Source of the DNA: Flavobacterium sp.
GTDB taxonomy: Bacteria > Bacteroidota > Bacteroidia > Flavobacteriales > Flavobacteriaceae
Reading direction: 5' to 3'
Assembly (NCBI RefSeq): GCF_024710485.1
Contig: NZ_JANJUQ010000015.1
Location: 15,614-79,613, forward strand
DNA length: 64,000 nt
The translations under genes were made by a program, and so were the position numbers. This document shows, in pieces, positions 27,518-36,400 of this stretch (positions are counted from its first letter, which is position 1; each line of letters opens with the position of its first letter). Below the pieces are notes generated by a model. It was given only the letters and a program-made list of their open reading frames with translations. It searched no databases and was not told the DNA's origin.

Positions 27518-29176
27518 TTAGTTTATTCCTTTTTCTTTCATGACTTTATTCAACTGTTTCAACAAAGCAAACATTAACAAAGTGGCAAACATCAACAAAG
27601 CAAAATTTACCCAGAAGAAATTGGCTTTGTCATCATAAGTATCCCACAAACTGGCCAAAACACCTGACATTTTATTTCCGATAGAGGTTGATAAAAACCA
27701 ACCTCCCATCATTAAAGACGTGATATTTTTTGGAGAGAGTTTGGATACTACGGACAATCCCATCGGACTTAAAAATAATTCCCCGATTGTGATTACCCCG
27801 TAATTGGCCACCAACCACCAAACAGAAACTTTCTCGGTGCCGTTGTTTCCAATTTGCACTGCGGCGACCATAACCAAAACAGACAAAGCGGAGATTAATA
27901 GTCCGAAAGCAATTTTGGTTGGTGTACTAGGCTCTTTTCTTCTGCTTCGTAAAAAGGTGAAAAAGGCCACTACCAAAGGCGTTAAAATGATTACCCAACC
28001 AGGATTGATGGACTGACTTAAATTAGTTGCCCAAATACTAACTTTACTTCCTTCTTCAGGCTTTTGGTCTTCTTTTACATTTCTGAAATAAATTGGATAA
28101 TCGACTACTTTTTTTACCTCTCCGTTTTCCTTTTGCAGACGGAAACCTGCATCGTATAGTTCGGTGGAATCCTTTTTGTATTCGACTTCTTTGGCCAATT
28201 TTAAACTATTGAAAACCGTTTGTGTTGTGCCGGTAATTTCTCTGTCGGTATATCGATCCGCCCAGGTATTTAAAGCCGATCCGTTCAATTTGAATACCGC
28301 CCAAAATAAAATTACCACTGCAAAAATGGCCAATAAAGCACCTATCGGTCGTTTGTCTTCTATTTTGGCTTTAAAGTACAAACTACCATAGAAGAAAATA
28401 ACCGGGATACAGGCGAAGATAAATGCATCGGTACTATCGGAACCAAAAATATAACTGTCTAAATTGGTGTCAGACTGAATCCCTTTAATCAACCAGCCGA
28501 TAACCCCGAAGATTACTGAAGGCAAAAGGATAAACAACACAATTTTATAGAACGGCATATCACCATCTTGTACGCCTTTTTTCTCGGTTTTATCACCATA
28601 GTGTTTGGTTCCCATTAAGAAAACCACTACTCCTATGAACATCCCAACACCAGCAGCCATGAAGGCATATTGCCAACCTAACAAAATTTGTAAAGCCGCA
28701 CCAAAGAAATTACAAACAAAAGCTCCCACATTGATTCCCATGTAGAAGATATTGTACCCTTCATCTTTCTTGTCTTTGTACTGTTCATCGTTGTAGAAAT
28801 TCCCCAATAAAGTCGAAATATTCGGCTTAAAGAAACCATTCCCCAAGATTACCAAAGTCATTGCTATGTAAAGCATGGTAATATCATGGATTCCCATCAA
28901 CATATACCCGGAACCCATCATTAACCCACCAATAACAATAGATTTTTTATACCCAAAATAACGGTCGGCTATCAATCCGCCAATAAAAGGCGTTAAGAAC
29001 ACCAAGGCAATAAAAGTCCCGTATAAATCGGAGGCTTCTTTCTCGGTCATGGCAAAACCGGCTTCAACATCTTTAAGGTATAAGGTAAAAATACCAATCA
29101 TTAAATAGTAACCGAATCGTTCCCACATTTCGGATAAAAACAAGTAAGGCAGTGCTTTAGGATGACTTTTCCACAT
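27518..29176 (-). CDS. POT/PTR2-family transporter, divergent paralogue 2 with an enlarged extracytoplasmic loop
   Basis: 552 aa. SEMWERFGYYLM, GFFKPNIS, FYMGINVGA are present. However, FWAVFKLNGS replaces the FEQ motif, and a roughly 90-aa hydrophilic segment (aa 303-392) is inserted. Confidence 0.85.
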   Translation of the reverse strand: MWKSHPKALPYLFLSEMWERFGYYLMIGIFTLYLKDVEAGFAMTEKEASDLYGTFIALVFLTPFIGGLIADRYFGYKKSIVIGGLMMGSGYMLMGIHDITMLYIAMTLVILGNGFFKPNISTLLGNFYNDEQYKDKKDEGYNIFYMGINVGAFVCNFFGAALQILLGWQYAFMAAGVGMFIGVVVFLMGTKHYGDKTEKKGVQDGDMPFYKIVLFILLPSVIFGVIGWLIKGIQSDTNLDSYIFGSDSTDAFIFACIPVIFFYGSLYFKAKIEDKRPIGALLAIFAVVILFWAVFKLNGSALNTWADRYTDREITGTTQTVFNSLKLAKEVEYKKDSTELYDAGFRLQKENGEVKKVVDYPIYFRNVKEDQKPEEGSKVSIWATNLSQSINPGWVIILTPLVVAFFTFLRSRRKEPSTPTKIAFGLLISALSVLVMVAAVQIGNNGTEKVSVWWLVANYGVITIGELFLSPMGLSVVSKLSPKNITSLMMGGWFLSTSIGNKMSGVLASLWDTYDDKANFFWVNFALLMFATLLMFALLKQLNKVMKEKGIN

Positions 29177-29190
29177 AATTTTTTGAATTT

Positions 29191-29224
29191 AAAAAACAAA
29201 CCTACAAGGATTGCTTGTAGGTTT
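29191..29224 (-). terminator. rho-independent terminator after POT paralogue 3
   Basis: AAACCTACAAG (29198-29208) pairs with CTTGTAGGTTT (29214-29224). On the minus strand the stem is followed by GTTTTTT. Confidence 0.75.
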
Positions 29225-29250
29225 GAAAGATATAAAAATATTTTAAACTA

Positions 29251-30792
29251 TTAATGTCCAACTTCTTCTCTTACTTCGATATGGTCGTTGTGTTGCATTT
29301 TCTGCAACCAAGAGCTCAACACAAACAATATAGCAGCCGCTAAACCTGTCATGATGATAAACAACATAAAGAACTCATACAAGTTGGTGATTTGAAAACC
29401 TAAAAACGTTGGATAAACTACCGGCTCTGTAGTAGCATCAGCACCTGCTGTAGGTGGAATTAAAGCACTCAACGTTCCGGCAAATTTATTAGCAGCAGCG
29501 TTGGCTAAGAACCAAGTTCCCATCATCAAAGAAGACAATCTCAAAGGGGCTAATTTAGACACCATTGATAATCCGATTGGAGACAAACACAATTCACCCA
29601 TGGTATGAATAATGTACAACGCAATTAACCACCACATAGACACTTTATCTTCTACTCCTAATCCTTTAACTGCAATTGCAATAACAACGTACCCTAAAGC
29701 CACCAAAGCCAATCCTATAGCCATCTTTTTTGGGGATGACGGCTCTAATTTTCTGGCGTATAAAAAGCCCCAGATAATGGTGAATATTGGCGCTAAAGCA
29801 ATAACGGCTAAAGGATTAACCGATTGGAAGTAGGACGCCGGCATTTCCCAGCCGAAAAGCGTTCTTTCTGTTTGTCTTTCAGCGAATAAGGTTAACGAAG
29901 CTCCGGCTTGTTCAAAGGCACCCCAAAAGAAAATTACGAAGAAGGCCAAGATGAAAATAACGATAATTCTTTGCATCTCAATTTTGCTGAGACTTTTATC
30001 AGTCAAAATTAATACCGGCATCAAAACCATCGCACCATAAATAAAATAACTGATGATGTCAATATCGCTTTGGAACATTTGCTTGAAATTAAGCATAAAG
30101 AAAATAATGGCTATTGAACCGATAATCATGGCAATACTTTTAGCATCTAATTTCTTTACCGGAAGACCAATGGCTTTACCTTCTTCAGAAATTAAATATT
30201 TCTTTTGGAATAAAACAAAAGCAACCAATCCGAGTAACATCCCGATACAAGCAGCTAAGAAGCCCCATTTGAAATCCATGGAACCACAAACTAAAGGCGA
30301 GAAGAACGCTCCTAAGTTGATTCCCATATAGAAAATGGTAAAAGCACTATCAATTCTTCTGTCGTTAGCCGGATACAACTGACCAACCATTGTAGAAATA
30401 TTTGGTTTGAAAAAGCCATTTCCTACAATCAATGCTGTTAATCCCATCCACATTAAAGAAACACCACCTTCCGACCCTGCAGAGGCACTTAAAAACATAA
30501 AGAACTGTCCGATTGCCATCAACAAACCACCGATAACAATACTTCTTCGATTACCAAGGTACTTGTCACAAAGATAACCTCCCAAAAGAGGTGTTAAGTA
30601 GACTAATCCGGTGTAGCTTCCGTAGATTTGAGAAGCCTCGGCATCGTTCATCGCTAATCCGATGGCCTGATCAGTCATAAATAAAATGAAGATGGCTCTC
30701 ATTCCGTAATAGCTGAATCTTTCCCACATCTCGGTAAAGAATAGGAAATACAGCCCTTTTGGATGTCCTTTTTTTACTGTAGTTTCACTCAT
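29251..30792 (-). CDS. POT/PTR2-family transporter, paralogue 3
   Basis: 513 aa. TEMWERFSYYGMR, GFFKPNIS, FYMGINLGA, FWGAFEQAG. Confidence 0.9.
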   Translation of the reverse strand: MSETTVKKGHPKGLYFLFFTEMWERFSYYGMRAIFILFMTDQAIGLAMNDAEASQIYGSYTGLVYLTPLLGGYLCDKYLGNRRSIVIGGLLMAIGQFFMFLSASAGSEGGVSLMWMGLTALIVGNGFFKPNISTMVGQLYPANDRRIDSAFTIFYMGINLGAFFSPLVCGSMDFKWGFLAACIGMLLGLVAFVLFQKKYLISEEGKAIGLPVKKLDAKSIAMIIGSIAIIFFMLNFKQMFQSDIDIISYFIYGAMVLMPVLILTDKSLSKIEMQRIIVIFILAFFVIFFWGAFEQAGASLTLFAERQTERTLFGWEMPASYFQSVNPLAVIALAPIFTIIWGFLYARKLEPSSPKKMAIGLALVALGYVVIAIAVKGLGVEDKVSMWWLIALYIIHTMGELCLSPIGLSMVSKLAPLRLSSLMMGTWFLANAAANKFAGTLSALIPPTAGADATTEPVVYPTFLGFQITNLYEFFMLFIIMTGLAAAILFVLSSWLQKMQHNDHIEVREEVGH

Positions 30793-30819
30793 AAAATTGG
30801 TTTTAGTTTATTAGGTTGA

Positions 30820-32988
30820 TTATAAATTTTCTTTGATAAAATTGGTCATTTTGTTATACAACTGAATGCGGGTTTTGCCTCCGTATATCCCGTGATTTTT
30901 GTCAGGATAAATGGCCCAGTCGAATTGTTTGTTGGCTTGCACTAAAGCTTCAATCATTTGCATAGTGTTTTGTACATGCACATTATCATCGGCTGTCCCG
31001 TGGATTAAAAGGAATTTTCCTTTCAATTTACTCACGTGATTGATAGGCGAATTATCATCGTAACCACTTGCATTTTCTTGAGGTGTTTGCATGTATCTTT
31101 CGGTGTAGATACTATCGTAAAAACGCCAGTTTGTAACCGGAGCTACCGCAATGGCCATTTTGAAAACATCGGCTCCTTTGAACAAACAATTACTACTCAT
31201 GAATCCGCCGTAAGACCAGCCAAAGATACCGATTCTGGTTTTATCCACATAAGCATAATTCCCAATGACTTTAGCGGCATCGATTTGGTCCTCCACTTCG
31301 TATTTCCCTAACTCTTTTTGGGTGCATTTTTTAAACTCGGCACCTTTAAAACCGGTTCCTCTTCCGTCTACACAAGCTACAATGTATCCTTGTTGCGATA
31401 ACATCATAAACCAATAATCATTGGCATTTAACCATTGATTGGCTACTTGTTGTGAACCCGGACCGGAATATTGAAACATGAAAACAGGATACTTTTTGGA
31501 CGCATCGAAATCTTTCGGTTTGATCATCCAAGCGTTTAATTTGTGTCCTTTTTCAGTGGTTAATTCGAAAAATTCCTTAGTAGGCAAATCGTATTTCTTG
31601 ACTTTTTCAGCTAAGGCTTTGTTGTCGATAATAGTTTGGATTACTTTTCCGTCTTTAGCATTGTTTAAAGTATGAATAGTAGGCTGGCTTACGCTGGAAT
31701 ACGAATTGATAAAATACTGGAAATTCGGACTGAAAGTAGCGTTATTGGTTCCGATTTGATTGGACAACTTCACTTTGTTTTTGCCGTCTAAACTAATTCG
31801 GTACACATCGCGAACAATAGAACCTTTCTCTACCGATTGATAGAAAACCGTTTTTGTTTTTTCGTCAAAACCGTAATAAGCCGTTACTTCCCAAGGTCCT
31901 TTAGTAATTTGATTTTTGAGTTTTCCGGTTTTATCGTATAAGTAGATGTGATTAAAGCCGTCTTTTTCGGAAGTCCAAATAAAACTATTGTCTTTAAGGA
32001 AAGTCAAGTTATCGGTTACATCTACATAAGCTTTGTCTTTTTCGTTTAAAACCACTTTGGCAATAGCTGTATTGCCATCGATAAACAACAAATCCAAATT
32101 GTCTTGATGACGGTTTAATACTTGAGCAGAAAGCACATTGGCCTCGTTGGTCCATTTTAAGCGGGCAATGTAGAAGTCGTTATAATTACTCAAATTAACT
32201 GTTTTGACAGCATTCGAAGCCACATCGTAAATATGCAAAGAAACCAAGGCGTTTTTCTCTCCGGCTTTAGGATATTTGAAAGTTTCTACCGTAGGATATA
32301 AGTCTTTTTTGAAAACATTCATCGAAAACTCCGGCACTTCGGTTTCATCGAAACGGATGTAAGCCAATTTTTTGCTGTCGGCGCTCCAGTCATACGCTCT
32401 TACAAAGGCGAATTCTTCTTCGTAAACCCAGTCGGTAATTCCGTTGATGATGCTGTTTTTCTTGCCGTCGGAAGTGACTTGTGTTGTCTTTCCTGAAGTA
32501 ATATCAAAAATGTACAAATTGTTCGCTTTGACGAAACCTATTTTAGATCCGTCGGGCGAAAACGTTGGTTCTTGTACTTGTTCTAATACCTTAGTTAATT
32601 TTTGAGTACTTAGGTTATACAAAAAATAATCTGCCGTGAACGAGTGACGGAAAATCGGATTGGTATTATTGGCCAAAAGCAACTGCTTTTCATCGGCACT
32701 AAAAACAAAACTATCGATACCGTTGGCCAATTCAGGGAATTTTTTGGTATCGATAATCGTAGCTACTTTTTGAAGTGTGGCAAAATCATGTAAATCAATT
32801 TGCATACTGCGGGTACTTCTGTCAAAGTTTAAAACCGCGTATTGATTGGTGTTTTTCATGGCAAAAAGCTCCTCCATGTTTTCGGCTCTGAAGGCACCAC
32901 CGTAAATTTCTTCTACACTTATTTTTTGTTGCGCTACTGTAACCCAAGCGGATAACAGCAAAAAGATTAAAACTGAATTCGTTTTCAT
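30820..32988 (-). CDS. dipeptidyl-peptidase IV (prolyl dipeptidyl aminopeptidase, family S9B)
   Basis: 722 aa. Signal peptide, beta-propeller N-domain, catalytic GWSYGG, HGTADDNVH, and a DKNHG His region. Confidence 0.92.
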   Translation of the reverse strand: MKTNSVLIFLLLSAWVTVAQQKISVEEIYGGAFRAENMEELFAMKNTNQYAVLNFDRSTRSMQIDLHDFATLQKVATIIDTKKFPELANGIDSFVFSADEKQLLLANNTNPIFRHSFTADYFLYNLSTQKLTKVLEQVQEPTFSPDGSKIGFVKANNLYIFDITSGKTTQVTSDGKKNSIINGITDWVYEEEFAFVRAYDWSADSKKLAYIRFDETEVPEFSMNVFKKDLYPTVETFKYPKAGEKNALVSLHIYDVASNAVKTVNLSNYNDFYIARLKWTNEANVLSAQVLNRHQDNLDLLFIDGNTAIAKVVLNEKDKAYVDVTDNLTFLKDNSFIWTSEKDGFNHIYLYDKTGKLKNQITKGPWEVTAYYGFDEKTKTVFYQSVEKGSIVRDVYRISLDGKNKVKLSNQIGTNNATFSPNFQYFINSYSSVSQPTIHTLNNAKDGKVIQTIIDNKALAEKVKKYDLPTKEFFELTTEKGHKLNAWMIKPKDFDASKKYPVFMFQYSGPGSQQVANQWLNANDYWFMMLSQQGYIVACVDGRGTGFKGAEFKKCTQKELGKYEVEDQIDAAKVIGNYAYVDKTRIGIFGWSYGGFMSSNCLFKGADVFKMAIAVAPVTNWRFYDSIYTERYMQTPQENASGYDDNSPINHVSKLKGKFLLIHGTADDNVHVQNTMQMIEALVQANKQFDWAIYPDKNHGIYGGKTRIQLYNKMTNFIKENL

Positions 32989-33099
32989 TGTATAGATGAC
33001 TGTTTAAAGACGTCAATTTTAGTGAAAATTTTACAATTGACCTCTTATTTTTGTGTTAAATGCGTTTGTACATGTATTTTTCACTGGCAAAATTCCTGA

Positions 33100-33132
33100 A
33101 AACAAAAAACCCTGATATTTTTCATCAGGGTT
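33100..33132 (-). terminator. rho-independent terminator of the adhesin / mini-protein operon
   Basis: AACCCTGAT (33108-33116) pairs with ATCAGGGTT (33124-33132). On the minus strand the stem is followed by TTTTTTGTTTT. Confidence 0.75.
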
Positions 33133-33232
33133 AAGTGGTTTAACTATACTTAAAAAAGAACAGCAACTGTAGTTATAAAGATTTGATGCCGCAAAAGCGA
33201 TTAGAAAATCTTGCTTCTCAATTTCGGATAAA

Positions 33233-33466
33233 TTATTCACTCTTAAGTTTACTATTGTAACGCTTTAGAAAGAAATAAACATATAACAAACCCAATAGTA
33301 TCATAGGGTACAGCCAAAAGTCTATTGGAGCTGTTGGCGGCGGATTATCCAAAACATCATCATCAAATGTAGGCTCGTCTTGTGCGAAGGTGCTTATGGT
33401 TGAACAAACGAAAACAACAAGAAATAAAAAAATCACTTTCTTGTTTGCTATATTTATACTTTTCAT
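33233..33466 (-). CDS. 77-aa secreted mini-protein with a sorting-signal-like C-terminus (P-I-D motif, TM helix, basic tail)
   Basis: MKSINIANKKVIFLFLVVFVCSTISTFAQ (signal peptide), DEPTFDDDVLDNPPPTAPID (acidic/Pro spacer), FWLYPMILLGLLYVYFFL (TM helix), KRYNSKLKSE (basic tail). Its start is 7 nt after the adhesin stop. Confidence 0.6.
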   Translation of the reverse strand: MKSINIANKKVIFLFLVVFVCSTISTFAQDEPTFDDDVLDNPPPTAPIDFWLYPMILLGLLYVYFFLKRYNSKLKSE

Positions 33467-33473
33467 TTTTTCT

Positions 33474-36400
33474 TTATTTTACAATTATTTTCTTAGTAGT
33501 TCTTACTCCATCATTCTCAATCACCACATGATAAATCCCCGACTGTAAATTTGTTACTGACTTACACTGCAACAAATTGGAATTGGTTTTGTTGGTACTG
33601 ATTTCTAACTCTTGACCTAATGAATTGTATAAAGACACTTTGATGTTTTCATTATTAGCTTGGGTAGATATGGCAAACATTCCTTCATTTACCGGATTAG
33701 GATAAAGGTAAGCTCCTGTTTCAAACATATTGGTTCCTAAAGCAGCAGTAGAGAACACAATTTTGAACCTATTAGTAGCTGTAGTTTCGGCAATAGTGCT
33801 ATTAACCGTAAAATTGATAAGCGTTTCTCCGTTGGTAAGCGGGTAATATTGTTGTGTATAGGCATCATAGATATAAGTATTGATACCCGGATAGTTGGTC
33901 AGCTTGGCTACAAAAGTGTAGTTAACATTTCTATACTTATTAGTATACAACGGAATTTCTTCACTTTCAATTGGCAAATTATGACTTAGAATAGAGAAAT
34001 AACGACCCTCTAAATTACACGCTAAATCTTCATCCTGATTTAGAAGCTTTGAAGCATCTTGTTCGTCCACAGTACTCGTATAATCGGTATTGAATTTAAT
34101 AACCAAACCATCTAAAGCTTGTTGCTGATTTTGATACATTTGACTTTCAAAAAGCTCTAAACGCAAAAAGGCATTTGATGAATTTACCACTGAACTGTTT
34201 CTAAAAACTGTCGGTGTATTGGTAGCATTGGCTGCTGTGTTTTTAAAGCTTTCCTGAAAAACAACAGCGGCATTAGTTTGATTGGCAGCTTTTTTAACAA
34301 AAGCGGCCTGTCCGGGCTGAATATATCGGCTAACATTACTTTGAGACACACTTTTGATATCGTTGGCTTCATCCAATTCGTCATGTTGTAATGTTACATA
34401 AGCACCTCGGGTATTGACCCTTGGATCCCAATAGTAAAAGTAGTTAGTCACTACACCTGATGAGGCTCTGAGCACTTTCTTGGAATCTACCGGAGATTGG
34501 TATGGGTTTCCGATAAACAAATATCCTGTTCCGGTAGGAATATTACTGAAACTATACGTTTTTGTCCCGGTATACAACAATCCGGTGGCTCGTAAAGTAG
34601 TGTTGGTAGGTGGAGGTGTATTGGTATTGTAATCGATGGATCGGTCTCCTCTAATCATCATTCTGTAAGGTACACCTGCTGTTAACGTTAATACATTGGT
34701 ATTGGGAACAGCAGTCCAAGTATTGGTTAGGTAATTGTATGTAAACATAGAAGGATTTGTGGTATTGGTTCTGTCAAAACCATAATCTGCTGTGATATCA
34801 CCGGTAATATGGGTGCCAAAGCCCGGATTAGGATTGCTGTTCAAACTGTAATCGGTACTCAAATTATTAACCCCTTCTTGCCAATTAGCTCTTATGGTTG
34901 AAGTAGTTGTAACAGATGAAGTAACAAATCTAAAAGCTCGTCTGGCAGGATAATAGCGCTCTACAATAACGGCACCTGAAATAGACCCAGTAACCGGAGC
35001 AACAATAGCTGTTTTATTGACATCTGATTTAAAAGTCAGCTCATTTCCTGTAGTGAAAGTACCATTTGCTATATTCAAAACACCTCTAATAGAAAGAGGA
35101 CTCGCCAAGGTTAAGGCACCCGAAGAGGTATTGTTTAAAGTTAGATTCAGTATTTCACTTCCGGTAGCAAAATGCAAAGTACCGGTGTTGCCATACCCTT
35201 TCACTTCCAATTCTGAAGTGCTATTAGACATCCATGAACCGGAGGTACTGTTACTGTTGGTTATTTGACCGCGCAACTGAAGTTTATTGCCATTTAAATT
35301 AAACTTAAAATCAGAATTCTTAAAGTCTAAATTTCCAATAATTCTGTAAGTATCTAAGTGGCAATTTCGAATGGCATCAACACCGTCTAAAGCAAGGGTA
35401 GCAAAACGAATATCAGCGTTAGGTCCCGGGACATAATTGTATAGCCAATTACCAGCTGTATTAAAGTCAGTACTAATGGATCCAACCCAAATAGCCGGAT
35501 TTAAAATATTAATTGTGGCGCTGCCGGTAACTGATGGATCATCTTGATTAATTGCATTAATGGTAGCGGAACCTGTACCACCTAATATTACATTATTAAT
35601 AATGAGCACTCCGTTTGTGAAATTTGGAGAAGCACCTGATGGATCAAACCATTTGTTTGAAGACAAATTGGCATTATTTTGAAATGAAGTAAAATCTGAA
35701 GCACCACATCCAGAAGCAGATTTTGCTGTGATTTTAATATTGAATGGTTGGCCTGAATATTTGTCTGTTAATGGATTTCCATTTTCATCCGTGATACAAA
35801 AGCTCACGACACCTGCAACAGTTACAGTATTAGAAATAGCACTCTCTATACCATTGACAACATTGGTTGCGTGGATTACGGCTCCTCTGTATAATTCACT
35901 ACTGGATAGTCCGCTCAAGGTCCAATTCCCCGAACTTGGTGTAGCAGTACCTACAGGCGCACCATCAACATAAATCCTAACTAAAGTGTTGCCCCCCGTT
36001 CCTGTGATACTGGTATTTCCAACAACATAGGAGCCGGTAACCGTTGGAGGGGAAGGTGCTGAAGCTTGAACCGTTACACTATTTGAATTCCCACTCACCG
36101 ATTTCCCAACTGCTTTAGCTGTGGCTATTAAAACATCATTTGCAGCCAATGTTTGATTGGTTAACTGCCAAGTCCCGAAAATAGTTACAGTAGTTGTTCC
36201 TAACAAAACACCATTTTTATAGACTTTAATTTCAGTACCGGCAGGTTCTGTGCTCGTTCCTGTAATCGTTTTTCCTGAACCAGCGGTGTATGTTCCAGTA
36301 ATAACAGGAGCAATAGACTGAGTTGGTGTATTTAACTGAACAACAACAGCATTAGAAACATTAGAAATCCAATACGATGGTGTTGTCCCGGTGCCTTGAG

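Noticed and set aside
33031-33240. A 69-aa ORF (GTG start) downstream of the 77-aa mini-protein.
   Set aside because: The operon's rho-independent terminator (33100-33132) sits in the middle of it. The start is non-ATG and overlaps the upstream stop. The peptide has no signal or TM features. It is most likely non-coding spacer containing the DPP-IV promoter region.
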